Virus record (IMG/VR): IMGVR_UViG_3300042934_000212
Reading direction: 5' to 3' (one strand)
DNA from: a virus
Taxonomy: Duplodnaviria > Heunggongvirae > Uroviricota > Caudoviricetes
DNA: 64,000 nucleotides
Shown here piece after piece: positions 21,817 to 31,416 of the stretch. Under the pieces are notes generated by a model. That model saw only the letters and a program-made list of their open reading frames with translations, had not been told where the DNA came from and ran no database searches. The number at the start of each line of letters is the position of its first letter. Positions within the stretch are counted from its first letter, which is position 1. The position numbers and the translations under genes were made by a program.

Positions 21817-22506
21817 TTATTGACCTTGGTAGAAATTGGAATCTGGTAGAGTCTCGGAGTTGATTGCCGTTGGACTTGTACTAATAGAAATTGAATTCTT
21901 AGGAGTACCGTTACCTGCGACTTCATCACCTAGAGCTTGACCTTCTGGTCCAACTAGAACACAACCATCTGGTTGTAGTGACATAGTAATTACTTGTGCT
22001 TCTGAGCTGGAATAATCCCACTCACCGAAGTTTGAATCAGTAATAAAACATCCTTGGCAAATCCAAGTATGTAGTGTTCCTTCATAAAGGTTGGTTAAGT
22101 TTTCACTATTCGAGCCGTCAAGAGCCTGAATCCACATTTCGAATTTATACTGTGAAGCACTAGTACGAGATTCTTGTGAGTAGTAGTTGAATTCTTTACG
22201 CATTTGGTTCCAAATGGCTTTCAATGACATGTTGCCTACTGAGTCGCGGAATGCTACTTCAATTGGTGACCATGTATATTTGCCTTTGTAGTGTGCCGAA
22301 CTGTTATAACTGTGAACAGTTATATTTTCGTGCTCCACATGAGGTGTACCAACAGTATTCGTGTCTAGTGTAATATAATTACCGTCTTCGGTATTACCAA
22401 AGCCGAAGAATACTACACGGAAACGATACTTTGGCTTAGGTTGCTTCATTGGTGCACGTGCTGCACCTGGAATTGGAGCACCATATTTATCCAGTAAATT
22501 TGCCAT
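21817..22506 (-). CDS. Tail tube protein (gp19-like)
   Basis: Directly downstream of the sheath; KYRFRV, HYKGKYTWSPIEVAFRD, CFITDSNFGEWDYSSSE. Confidence 0.8.
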   Translation of the reverse strand: MANLLDKYGAPIPGAARAPMKQPKPKYRFRVVFFGFGNTEDGNYITLDTNTVGTPHVEHENITVHSYNSSAHYKGKYTWSPIEVAFRDSVGNMSLKAIWNQMRKEFNYYSQESRTSASQYKFEMWIQALDGSNSENLTNLYEGTLHTWICQGCFITDSNFGEWDYSSSEAQVITMSLQPDGCVLVGPEGQALGDEVAGNGTPKNSISISTSPTAINSETLPDSNFYQGQ

Positions 22507-22544
22507 TATTGATCTCCTAAAATCTAAGGGAATAATCTTTAATG

Positions 22545-22552
22545 TATTTATA
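22545..22552 (-). promoter_or_regulatory. Full T4 late promoter consensus TATAAATA
   Basis: Plus strand TATTTATA, upstream of the tube gene. Confidence 0.7.
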
Positions 22553-22589
22553 AACTTTCAGGGGTTGGAAGTGCATTAGTAATAAAAAC

Positions 22590-22615
22590 AAAAAAAGGGA
22601 GCCAAAGGCTCCCTT
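22590..22615 (-). terminator. Intrinsic terminator after the sheath gene
   Basis: GGGAGCC-TTT-GGCTCCC followed by a T-run on the minus strand. Confidence 0.85.
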
Positions 22616-22619
22616 AATA

Positions 22620-25277
22620 TTATGAAGTTAAACTATTTTCCAAACGAATCGGAATATAGATGAAGTTGATTGAACGAGTCGGAACAAGTGCAATATCCAT
22701 CCACAATTCATTTGCATCAATACGTGAAGTTGTGTTGTTTGATTCATCACAAACTACTAAGAAATCGTAAAGACCATTTAGTTGTACAATTTCAGCTAGG
22801 AAGTTGTTAACAACTGAAGTGAATTCCTGACGAGTACTTGCAGTGTTTAGACGGAACAAGAACGGTTCAGCTAGTATTGATAGTTGAGTACGGATGTAAA
22901 CAACAAGACGAGCAACGTTAACACGACTTAGTGCAGAACTATCATCAGCAGCTAGAGTTTTATCTCCATATACTAGAAGTCCACGGTTAGGACGCATTGC
23001 AATTGGGTTAATCTTGTTAACATACATTGTATCACGTTGACCCTGATTATATACTACTGGAGCATATTCACCTTCGTCATTGATATAACCAACTGAAGCA
23101 GCATTTGTAACAACACCACGTTGTGTACCTGCTGGTGGATACCAAACATAACTTACGCTATCGCTATAAGCATATGTACGCATCGCAACAGTACTTCCTG
23201 GAACTGCAACTTCAGAACCATCAACGTTAGTACCTAAACACCATCCCATATACTGTGCAGCATATGAATAAGCAGTTGTACGACCTACTTCACCATTACT
23301 TGCAGCGTTGTTTGCATTGGTCGCCCAAGCTTGAACATCTGTAGCAACAGGAGCTAAACGTGCTGGAACATCAGTTACGATGAATGCAGTTTCTTTACGG
23401 TCAGTGTTTAATGTTACTAGTTCATCTAGAAGTTCTACATATCCTGGAACACACATTAAGTTGAACTGGATACTTTCAGCACGAATATCTTCGTTACTTA
23501 CTACTACTGATGCTAAGGCTTCAACGATAATTTTACGTTGTGCTTCGCGTCCAAATAGACCAGAACCATCTAGGCCAACACCAGAAGCAACTGTCCAAAC
23601 GCCATTTTTCATTACTTTAACAACACCTTCAGTTGAACCTAAGTCCACTGCAAGCATACCATTTTGGTATAGTTCTGCACTTGGAACATCACCATTAGTG
23701 AAATCTTCAAATACAAGACCGTTTAAAGTGCTTTGATCAGTACTATCTAGTTTTAACCATGTACCTGAAACATTACGGTAGAATACATAACCATCAATAC
23801 CCTGTGAAAGTGGTTGAACCCAAAAATCACGGTCTGCTGCTGGTTCGTCTAATTGAACGTACATGTTAGTACTTGCATCAATCAAATCCCAACTATCAGT
23901 TGAAACGTTAGCAACATATAGAACTACGTCCAACGAATCAGAGTTGCTGAAGTTGTACCAGTAAGTACCTTCTGCTGCTTTAGCAGTTGGAGTGCTTGGT
24001 GAAACACGAATGTTGTTTACGTTAACCAATGAATAGTTGCTGCTATCAACAGTTAGTTTAGAAAGTTCTGATGAACTGAATAGTTGTTGACCTGAATTAG
24101 TAGTAACGAAACTATAACCATTTTTATTACTTACAATTAGGGAACTAGTACCAGTGAAAGTAAATCCAGCATTGATTAGTTCAGCACTTTTGTTAAGGTT
24201 AGCAATAATAGTAGAAACATTAATAACTTCGCCAGTTTTAACAGCTACAACAGTTACTGATTTATTCAAGAACTTGAAAGTTAGTGAACCATTCGCAGTT
24301 GCTAATGCACCTGTTGATTGACCAGCAGGAACTGCACCCGCACTAATTGCTGCGATTGAACCAGCTTTAGTGTATAGTGAGAAGCTTTTACTGTCTTCGT
24401 CAAAAAGAGCACCGAAATATGTATTTCCGAAAGTACCGGATTTTGCTTCAATTTCGTAGAAGCTATTACCTGTCCAAACACTTACTTCAGACCAAACCGC
24501 AGTTAGGGAAGCATAACGTTTTAGTACAAAGCGAGTACCAAAATAGTTTGAACCATTTTTAGTATATCCATCACGAATCCAAATGTTACCGGTTAGGATA
24601 CTAGAACCTGTAGGTACTTTGTTAATAGGTGATAGGTAAGTTTCAACCTGTACAAGACCAACTGCTTCATATTTGTACATAAGCATTTGTCCAGTACTTG
24701 GAATGTGGCGAACTAGTAAATCGTCTACGTTTAGACCAGTAGTGTCAACGTCTGCAATGTGTTCTTCGCTAACGATAGTAACAGGCTTAACCTGCCAATC
24801 GTAGAAACTTGTTGGGTTGTCAATCTTAGCAACATATGCTTCGATTTGTGATGATTTTGTGTCTAACCACAAAGTGCCGTTAGATACCGGACCAGTTGGT
24901 GCAGTACCAGTTGGTGCCAATTGTGCTAAGTCAATATCTGCACGAACTACATAAGCACGGTTTGCAATACCCATGTAACTGTATAGTGCATGAAGACCGT
25001 ATTCGTTTAGTTCGTCACCTTGAACTACTGAACCATTACTCGATTGGAAAATCGGTGATCCATATGTTTCAAGTGCGTTGCGTTGCGATGTAATTAGTTT
25101 AAGTGTACCTGCGTTAGCCTTAGTTGTACCAGTTGCAATTGAACTGCTTCCAGTAACTAGCTTATCTTGTGCAGTTGCAATAACAAACAAAGGCACTGTT
25201 CCGTTAGCACTTGTAGCACTAATGGTTTCATCGGTAACTGAAACACTAACACCAGGTGATTGTAAATTATCAGCCAT
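22620..25277 (-). CDS. Contractile tail sheath protein (gp18-like)
   Basis: LQSPGVSVSVTDE N-terminus; WYPPAGTQRG, NKINPI, YGDKTL, SRVNVARL, DIALVPTRSINFIYIPI. Confidence 0.95.
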   Translation of the reverse strand: MADNLQSPGVSVSVTDETISATSANGTVPLFVIATAQDKLVTGSSSIATGTTKANAGTLKLITSQRNALETYGSPIFQSSNGSVVQGDELNEYGLHALYSYMGIANRAYVVRADIDLAQLAPTGTAPTGPVSNGTLWLDTKSSQIEAYVAKIDNPTSFYDWQVKPVTIVSEEHIADVDTTGLNVDDLLVRHIPSTGQMLMYKYEAVGLVQVETYLSPINKVPTGSSILTGNIWIRDGYTKNGSNYFGTRFVLKRYASLTAVWSEVSVWTGNSFYEIEAKSGTFGNTYFGALFDEDSKSFSLYTKAGSIAAISAGAVPAGQSTGALATANGSLTFKFLNKSVTVVAVKTGEVINVSTIIANLNKSAELINAGFTFTGTSSLIVSNKNGYSFVTTNSGQQLFSSSELSKLTVDSSNYSLVNVNNIRVSPSTPTAKAAEGTYWYNFSNSDSLDVVLYVANVSTDSWDLIDASTNMYVQLDEPAADRDFWVQPLSQGIDGYVFYRNVSGTWLKLDSTDQSTLNGLVFEDFTNGDVPSAELYQNGMLAVDLGSTEGVVKVMKNGVWTVASGVGLDGSGLFGREAQRKIIVEALASVVVSNEDIRAESIQFNLMCVPGYVELLDELVTLNTDRKETAFIVTDVPARLAPVATDVQAWATNANNAASNGEVGRTTAYSYAAQYMGWCLGTNVDGSEVAVPGSTVAMRTYAYSDSVSYVWYPPAGTQRGVVTNAASVGYINDEGEYAPVVYNQGQRDTMYVNKINPIAMRPNRGLLVYGDKTLAADDSSALSRVNVARLVVYIRTQLSILAEPFLFRLNTASTRQEFTSVVNNFLAEIVQLNGLYDFLVVCDESNNTTSRIDANELWMDIALVPTRSINFIYIPIRLENSLTS

Positions 25278-25323
25278 TTAATCCTCCAAAAATCTTGGGT
25301 TTATTCGAATATTCGTATAATTA

Positions 25324-25329
25324 TATTTA
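25324..25329 (-). promoter_or_regulatory. T4-late-like TAAATA box
   Basis: Upstream of the sheath ATG (GGAGG SD). Confidence 0.6.
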
Positions 25330-25368
25330 TTGGAGGATGAACTGTAAGGTGTTTAAACGAGAATATAC

Positions 25369-26007
25369 TTATATAACACTTAGAATGTCATATGCCTGAT
25401 TATATAGGTCATTTAGTGTTCCAGTATTCTCAACGATAAAGTCAGGATGATTAATACCTACCCAACCGTACTCTGAGCTATGAATACCATCTAATGAACG
25501 AGGAATAATTAAGTCCACTTCAGCAGTATCTTTATGTAGGTTATACTTGTATGCATCCCAATACCACTCAGGTAACTTACGCTGTACTTCAATAATGATA
25601 CCCTGTTGTTCACGTACTAATTTTACTTCATTAGGAAAACGGCAATCAGTAATGATAATCTTATCACTATCCATATTAAGAATTCTTTTTTCTAAACTGA
25701 ATAGCCAGATATTGTCGTGGAAATGTTTTCGAAGAACGTCAGTACCTAAGTTCTGTAATACCCAGCGTGGTGTTACCGGACGACCCATTTTGTTAGTCCA
25801 GAATGCATCTTCTTGTTCACGGATAATACGAGATTCTTCAGTATTTCCTTCAAGCATTTCACGATCCCATCCGAATATAACACTTACTGCATCTTTTAAT
25901 GATTCAGCAAACGATACTCTTTGGTATCCATTATCAATAAAAACTTTAGAGAATGTATCTTTTCCCGAACCAATGGTTCCGTTAATTGCAACTATTTTAC
26001 GTTCCAT
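25369..26007 (-). CDS. Deoxynucleoside monophosphate kinase (T4 gp1-like)
   Basis: GTIGSGKDT P-loop, SFAESLK, PRWVLQNLGTD, ITDCRFPNE. Confidence 0.9.
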   Translation of the reverse strand: MERKIVAINGTIGSGKDTFSKVFIDNGYQRVSFAESLKDAVSVIFGWDREMLEGNTEESRIIREQEDAFWTNKMGRPVTPRWVLQNLGTDVLRKHFHDNIWLFSLEKRILNMDSDKIIITDCRFPNEVKLVREQQGIIIEVQRKLPEWYWDAYKYNLHKDTAEVDLIIPRSLDGIHSSEYGWVGINHPDFIVENTGTLNDLYNQAYDILSVI

Positions 26008-26026
26008 GTATTTTCTTCCTTAAACG

Positions 26027-26057
26027 AAAAAAGGAAGAACCTTTTTAAGATTCTTCC
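26027..26057 (-). terminator. Intrinsic terminator
   Basis: GGAAGAA-N11-TTCTTCC plus T-run on the minus strand. Confidence 0.7.
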
Positions 26058-26074
26058 AATAATTATCAAATATG

Positions 26075-26860
26075 TTAGCCTATAATAAAGCCTAATGGGT
26101 TACTACCATCTTCGTAACGGCGTAAGCGGTCACGTAGTTCTTGTTGCATACGAATTGCGTTTGTTAGCAAATCTGCACCATCAAGAGAGAATGAACCTTG
26201 CGGCCCAGGTAGGGTAGCGAACTTTGAACGGTTCCGACCTAGAATCATCATCGCTTCAGATAAAGCCCAATCACGTAACCACGGATAAGTGCTTTGAGTT
26301 TTGAATAGTAACGGTTCTGGTTTATTATGATATACGTGTAGAAGTACTTCTTCTTCACCACGAATATCACGCTCTAATGTTAGCTTTTTGGTTACAGAGT
26401 TCCAAAGGAACATAATTTCGCGACCAAACATACGACCAACAGTTTCATCGAATTGGTGATATAAGTCATAAGTTAATAGACCTCCACCAGTACTTCCACG
26501 AACTGCACTTAATAGATATGTGTTACTGTATGCTAAAGAAAATGGATCTACGGTAGAACCTGAACCCGAAACAACACCATTACCACGGCGATAAATTCTG
26601 CGAACAATTTCAACTTCAGTTGGTAGTTCGTATACAGAATCAGATTCGTAAAACTTCATATGCAAGAATGCTTCTTCTTTTGAAGCACCAGCCCATGCTC
26701 GGTAGTTTGCTACTGCATTATCAATACAAACCTCAAGCTGTTCATCGGTGATTTCAACTTCAACGGCACCTGCACCTAGCATTACTGTAACAACACGTTT
26801 CATTTCTTCACGGTGATCGTACTGTGGAGAATCTGGATTACCAGCATAATTGTATGACAT
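26075..26860 (-). CDS. Neck/head-tail adaptor protein (gp13-like)
   Basis: LGAGAVEVEITDEQLEVCID, LGRNRSKFATLPGPQGSFSLDG. Confidence 0.85.
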   Translation of the reverse strand: MSYNYAGNPDSPQYDHREEMKRVVTVMLGAGAVEVEITDEQLEVCIDNAVANYRAWAGASKEEAFLHMKFYESDSVYELPTEVEIVRRIYRRGNGVVSGSGSTVDPFSLAYSNTYLLSAVRGSTGGGLLTYDLYHQFDETVGRMFGREIMFLWNSVTKKLTLERDIRGEEEVLLHVYHNKPEPLLFKTQSTYPWLRDWALSEAMMILGRNRSKFATLPGPQGSFSLDGADLLTNAIRMQQELRDRLRRYEDGSNPLGFIIG

Positions 26861-26892
26861 AAAAAAATACCCCTAAACATGTTTATATATCA

Positions 26893-26898
26893 TATTTA
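26893..26898 (-). promoter_or_regulatory. TAAATA late box embedded in an 11-bp inverted repeat (26867-26877/26895-26905)
   Basis: ATACCCCTAAA ... TTTAGGGGTAT followed by T6-ATG of the neck gene. Confidence 0.65.
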
Positions 26899-26909
26899 GG
26901 GGTATCGAA

Positions 26910-27272
26910 TTAAAACTTAGTACAGTTTTGTGTGAAATAATTCAAGCGTTGAGTACTATATGGTCCGACTACTAAAATCTTAGTTTCTGTTTCACCATTA
27001 ATAAAGTTTGTTGGTGCACCTTCCATATTACATAGAAATTCAATCTCATCTAGTAAATCGGCTGAGTCTGCTACGAACAATTGCTGTTCACAGCCTGCAT
27101 CAACCCATTCAGAAAAATCTTTATTGAATAGTTTATGTTCATTAGCACCAGCATATGACGACCTTGTTGGGTCGAACTGGTTCATAATTTCCATACCTGC
27201 CCGTACTGACATACGAACTAAATCTACTGGAGATTGACCTTTCAAAACTACAACTACTTGATGTACACTCAT
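26910..27272 (-). CDS. Possible degenerate Pth2 (peptidyl-tRNA hydrolase 2)-fold protein
   Basis: HQVVVV N-terminal strand, W..G and ILVVGP C-terminal motif; the canonical GKxAAQ motif is absent. Confidence 0.35.
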   Translation of the reverse strand: MSVHQVVVVLKGQSPVDLVRMSVRAGMEIMNQFDPTRSSYAGANEHKLFNKDFSEWVDAGCEQQLFVADSADLLDEIEFLCNMEGAPTNFINGETETKILVVGPYSTQRLNYFTQNCTKF

Positions 27273-27282
27273 TACTTACCTA

Positions 27283-27615
27283 TTATACGATGATTTTGTT
27301 GCTTGGAACAAAAATCTGAGATTCGGATTCTTTACTTGCTTCGATAGATTCGATTGCACTTACATATGCACCTGCGATTTCTTCTGAAGGTACAGAAACC
27401 GATACGATGTTATATTTGAAGAAAATGGTATTTTCTTCTGCGTCAGTTAGACCTTCTAGATAATCACGGATGATCATTTCACCTTGTTCATCTAGACCGA
27501 ACTGGCATGGATTACGAACCACGATTGCATCATTCGCATCATCTTGGATAGTACCGATTAGTGGACCAATACCATTGATGAAAATAATTTTTACGTTGCT
27601 TGATACTTTAGACAT
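27283..27615 (-). CDS. Hypothetical protein (small beta-barrel-like)
   Basis: ORF with GGAAG SD. Confidence 0.65.
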   Translation of the reverse strand: MSKVSSNVKIIFINGIGPLIGTIQDDANDAIVVRNPCQFGLDEQGEMIIRDYLEGLTDAEENTIFFKYNIVSVSVPSEEIAGAYVSAIESIEASKESESQIFVPSNKIIV

Positions 27616-27633
27616 TTTAACTTCCTTGTTAAT

Positions 27634-28137
27634 TTAATTAAGTTCGTATAGATTCTTTGTTGCGTAAGTTACACGAGAATCAATGATTCTTTCGATAACT
27701 TCCCAATTTCCACCTGCTAATCCTGCTCCCATTTTAGGGAAGTGCAGATGTACACTATCAACTAGTTTTAATCCTAAAACTGTTTTAGCGGTGTTATTTA
27801 GTTCTGTAAAAACACTGTCAATTGCATCATAGCTGACATACTTTTTACCATCATACCCATAGAACTGTTGGGTTATTGCATTACAGATTACTAGAGAACC
27901 GTGAACTGGATGATTAATCATAGTTCCTAACTCTAGTCTGTTGTTGTTTTTAACGTACTCGTCATTATATGCTTCATACGCTTTTGGAAATCGTTCACGT
28001 AATTCTTTGGCGAAACCAGTACCCATTCTTCCCTGTGCATTACAACCGTGAATAATGAAATGTAGTTCGTCACCACACATGAACTGAGGGCGGGTATCTA
28101 GTAAATCAAATAGATTCCCGTAAAAATAATTAATCAT
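27634..28137 (-). CDS. Macrodomain (ADP-ribose/Appr-1-p processing) protein
   Basis: GNLFD, IIHGCNAQGRMGTGFAKEL, FPKMGAGLAGGNW. Confidence 0.9.
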   Translation of the reverse strand: MINYFYGNLFDLLDTRPQFMCGDELHFIIHGCNAQGRMGTGFAKELRERFPKAYEAYNDEYVKNNNRLELGTMINHPVHGSLVICNAITQQFYGYDGKKYVSYDAIDSVFTELNNTAKTVLGLKLVDSVHLHFPKMGAGLAGGNWEVIERIIDSRVTYATKNLYELN

Positions 28138-28149
28138 ACAGCCTCAGTG

Positions 28150-28177
28150 AAAAAAGGACTTCCGAAGAAGTCCTTTT
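28150..28177 (-). terminator. Intrinsic terminator with C(UUCG)G loop
   Basis: Minus strand GGACTTC-TTCG-GAAGTCC-T6. Confidence 0.9.
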
Positions 28178-28179
28178 AA

Positions 28180-28464
28180 TTATAATCCGAAACGGATTCG
28201 CTTTATCTCTTTACGATTTTTTCTTGCAGTATTACTTTGGTGAAGTCTTAATCCTCGTTTATTATCTTTAGACAAGTACCATGTATCTTCCGGTACGTCA
28301 TAATCACAATATCCGTCTTCCGTAATCGTTCCTAAGAAAGCTGACTTTTTAGGAATATCCACAGATGATTTAACACTTTCAAAAATGCCTTTAGCTAATT
28401 TCTCTCTAAAACTAAGCATGATTTTTCTCCCAAATTGTAATACGAAGGAATCTGTTTCCTTCAA
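28180..28464 (-). CDS. Hypothetical protein
   Basis: Packed ORF. Confidence 0.55.
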   Translation of the reverse strand: MKETDSFVLQFGRKIMLSFREKLAKGIFESVKSSVDIPKKSAFLGTITEDGYCDYDVPEDTWYLSKDNKRGLRLHQSNTARKNRKEIKRIRFGL

Positions 28465-28466
28465 TA

Positions 28467-28811
28467 TTATTTAGGGTTGTTTAACTGTTCCGAAATAAAT
28501 TGCAATACTTGTTCGTGTGTACAAACTGAAAGTACTTTATCAAGAATTTCATCATAGAATTCTTTTCTTTCATGGTACTTTCGAATCAATTCAGTACGTT
28601 CAAGCACTGAATCTGCTGTAGGTAGGGAAGGTTCATATTCTACACCTAAGCTTTCTGCAAGGTCTTTTACTCTCTGCATACGTGCAGCATGTCGATCATG
28701 CATTTCACGTACTTTTCTTTCTCCTAGAGTAAAGTGTGACATATTAACTTTAAAATGCGTTTCTTCATCCAAGATGTACGCGTTAATATCAGACGAATCC
28801 TTTCGTTTCAT
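28467..28811 (-). CDS. Hypothetical protein
   Basis: Packed ORF. Confidence 0.6.
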   Translation of the reverse strand: MKRKDSSDINAYILDEETHFKVNMSHFTLGERKVREMHDRHAARMQRVKDLAESLGVEYEPSLPTADSVLERTELIRKYHERKEFYDEILDKVLSVCTHEQVLQFISEQLNNPK

Positions 28812-28812
28812 T

Positions 28813-29220
28813 TTATGCTCCTAACTGACCGAAAATAGTATTTGCATCTTTACCATTATACTGACCATCATAGTTAGCTTTTAGGTAAGGGAACATATTT
28901 TTCTTTTCTGCCATAGATGGATTTTCTGCGATTGCAGCTTGCATAATAGCAAGTAGTTCATCATTGGTTAGTTGTTTTGGTAGTAGATTTTCTAGAATGA
29001 TTTTTTCAGCTTCTAGAGATTCGGATGCACTGTACTTTAGAGACTCTGTAACGCTCTCTAATAGCTTCTTAACGGATTGGATTACTACGGTATCTTCGAC
29101 GTCTTGTGCGGTGGTCTTGCGTTGAATTTCGGCAATGATTACACCAAATAGGCTGTATTTTACCTTGTCATTACCTAATGCTTTCTGGCGTTCCGTTTGA
29201 ATGGTCTGATAAAGACTCAT
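28813..29220 (-). CDS. GatB/YqeY-domain protein
   Basis: AEIQRK..EAEKIILENLLPKQLTNDEL..DGK pattern. Confidence 0.75.
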   Translation of the reverse strand: MSLYQTIQTERQKALGNDKVKYSLFGVIIAEIQRKTTAQDVEDTVVIQSVKKLLESVTESLKYSASESLEAEKIILENLLPKQLTNDELLAIMQAAIAENPSMAEKKNMFPYLKANYDGQYNGKDANTIFGQLGA

Positions 29221-29221
29221 A

Positions 29222-29458
29222 TTATTCTCCTTTTAGAAAAGCTTCAAACTTATCACATCCTCCAATGTATTGTTCATCGACAAAGATTTGCGGTACTTGT
29301 CGCACAGGCTGTCCAACGATTTCAGCTAGATCAGCACCAGTGATTCCTTGTGCGTCAATATCAATAAATTCCAAATCGAATCCATTCATTTCACAGATGA
29401 GTTTAGCACGGTCACAAAATTTACATCCTTGTGCACGACCATACATTTTTACATTCAT
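29222..29458 (-). CDS. Glutaredoxin
   Basis: GCKFC dithiol, RQVPQIFVDEQYIGGCD. Confidence 0.92.
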   Translation of the reverse strand: MNVKMYGRAQGCKFCDRAKLICEMNGFDLEFIDIDAQGITGADLAEIVGQPVRQVPQIFVDEQYIGGCDKFEAFLKGE

Positions 29459-29478
29459 AATATAATCCTTTTATTATG

Positions 29479-29904
29479 TTATTTTATTTCCATATACTGC
29501 GTAACAGCTTTAATGATACTATTACACATACGTTCAGTTAAGTACAATTCACAATCTTCTACGTCAATATACATAAACTTATCCAGTTCAGGCTTTTCTT
29601 GACCGTAACGATTGGTATAAGTACTTAAACATTCTAAATCTTCAATCTCAGGCTTTTCAGGTGCAGTATAGAAGAAAAGAACCAGGCGTTTTCCTTTCCT
29701 ATAAGAGACTTCGCCAATTAAATGCAAATCTTCTTCAGAAATGGAAAAGCCCGTTTCTTCATAACACTCTCTAACTGCTGCCTCTGCATACGTCTCTCCT
29801 TCTTCAGTTTTACCTTTAGGGAGATCCCAATGAGATTGACCAGTTGTATGTCCTATAAGTATCTGACCGTCGCGGTAAAAAATTATTCCACATGTATGAC
29901 GCAT
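29479..29904 (-). CDS. NUDIX hydrolase
   Basis: Nudix box PKGKTEEGETYAEAAVRECYEETG. Confidence 0.92.
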   Translation of the reverse strand: MRHTCGIIFYRDGQILIGHTTGQSHWDLPKGKTEEGETYAEAAVRECYEETGFSISEEDLHLIGEVSYRKGKRLVLFFYTAPEKPEIEDLECLSTYTNRYGQEKPELDKFMYIDVEDCELYLTERMCNSIIKAVTQYMEIK

Positions 29905-29936
29905 ATGAATTTCCTACTAAATTATCAGATACCTAT

Positions 29937-29965
29937 AATATACCACATTTTTTCTAACCGTTTCA
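29937..29965 (-). promoter_or_regulatory. TGAAAC-N17-TATATT promoter
   Basis: Minus strand TGAAAC ggttagaaaaaatgtgg TATATT. Confidence 0.75.
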
Positions 29966-29968
29966 GAT

Positions 29969-31084
29969 TTATGCAAACATCTTTTTGATTTCAGTTAGTT
30001 GAATGCCCTTAACATACGTGCGAATATTAGCAGCTTCAAGTTTACCAGTTTTAACCATCTCCTGAATATCACCAACTGGTGCATCAGTGAATCGATCAAA
30101 TACTTTTAGCATAAGGTCTTCGAGTTCATTATCCATTTCACGACGAATAATAAAGTACTGAGTTACCTTATAAAGAAAATCTTCACCACCATTGTTTTTG
30201 ATGTTCATTAGACTGAAGATTTCTACCATTTCTTCAGGCTTCTTCTTCCTGAACTTAATTAAATTCTCAGAATGAAGCTTGACAAAGTTACTGAACTTAA
30301 CCATACGTGCAGGTAGTTTAATTGCACCTACAATATAATCTTTGTCTGCCTGCATATTCGAAAGAATTACCGACCAGATATACTCGTCACGATATTCCTG
30401 AGTACTTGTCTCAGCAATTACATCAATTAGATCTAGCTCTTTTTGTGTTGCAGAGAAACCAGGTAGTAGTACAGTTAATGCACCAATACTTTTCAAGTAC
30501 TTCAAAAAGATACTTGGTTTAGCTTCAGAAAATGCCTTTTCAAATTCGACATAAACACGTTCTTTAGTAAGATGGTTAATTTCACCGGAAGAAACCATAG
30601 TACGTACCATATCATCGGTATCTTTGTGTACTTTGAAATCTGGATAACGAGCCGCGAAACGTGCCAGACGCAATACACGAAGTGGATCTTCTTTGAATGC
30701 TTCGGATACATGCTTAAGTACTTTATTCTTTAAGTCATCTTTGCCGTTATATGGGTCAACGTGAGTCTTTGTCACAATATCCCATGCAATGGCATTGATA
30801 GTTAGGTCGCGACGATACAAATCCTGCTCTAATGTAACACCCTGAGTTTCAACGGTGAAACCATCATATCCAGTACCTGTTTTACGTTCGATGCGAGCAA
30901 GTGCATACTCATCACCATCAGGTGAAAGAAACACTGGAAAATCTGCACCTACTTGTTTATAACCGATACTTTCAAGATAAGTAATATCTTTTGGTTTAGC
31001 ACCAACGAGTACATAGTCTTTATCTTTAGGCTGTAGACCTAGTAGTTTGTCACGTACAAAACCACCTACAATATATTTTTTCAT
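29969..31084 (-). CDS. cca: tRNA nucleotidyltransferase (CCA-adding enzyme)
   Basis: YIVGGFVRDKLLG..DKDY, VGADFPVF, EYALARIERK, DLYRRDLTINAI, EDPLRVLRLARFAAR. Confidence 0.93.
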   Translation of the reverse strand: MKKYIVGGFVRDKLLGLQPKDKDYVLVGAKPKDITYLESIGYKQVGADFPVFLSPDGDEYALARIERKTGTGYDGFTVETQGVTLEQDLYRRDLTINAIAWDIVTKTHVDPYNGKDDLKNKVLKHVSEAFKEDPLRVLRLARFAARYPDFKVHKDTDDMVRTMVSSGEINHLTKERVYVEFEKAFSEAKPSIFLKYLKSIGALTVLLPGFSATQKELDLIDVIAETSTQEYRDEYIWSVILSNMQADKDYIVGAIKLPARMVKFSNFVKLHSENLIKFRKKKPEEMVEIFSLMNIKNNGGEDFLYKVTQYFIIRREMDNELEDLMLKVFDRFTDAPVGDIQEMVKTGKLEAANIRTYVKGIQLTEIKKMFA

Positions 31085-31095
31085 TTCATTTCCTG

Positions 31096-31416
31096 TTATT
31101 CAAAAAAGCCGCCGGAGCGACGATATTCTTCGTATGTTGGTACTTTTCGGCGGTCACCGACAAACCGAGATGGAGGGGGTTCTGGTGGCGTAGGTGGTGG
31201 CGGTACTGGTTCAAGATTAAGTACTTCGTCATTGAGTATTTCACCCCAAAAACCCGTTAATGTTTCACGCTTTGGGGGATTACTCTTTCCAAGATCTCCT
31301 TTAGGAGATTTACCACCAAGTACATGTGCAGTCCCTGATAAGTGGTCATATACAATCGTTCGTGTATAATCATCACCACCATAATATTCATCAAACATAT
31401 CAATGTCCATTGCCAT
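31096..31416 (-). CDS. Hypothetical Pro-rich protein
   Basis: PVPPPPTPPEPPP. Confidence 0.55.
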   Translation of the reverse strand: MAMDIDMFDEYYGGDDYTRTIVYDHLSGTAHVLGGKSPKGDLGKSNPPKRETLTGFWGEILNDEVLNLEPVPPPPTPPEPPPSRFVGDRRKVPTYEEYRRSGGFFE

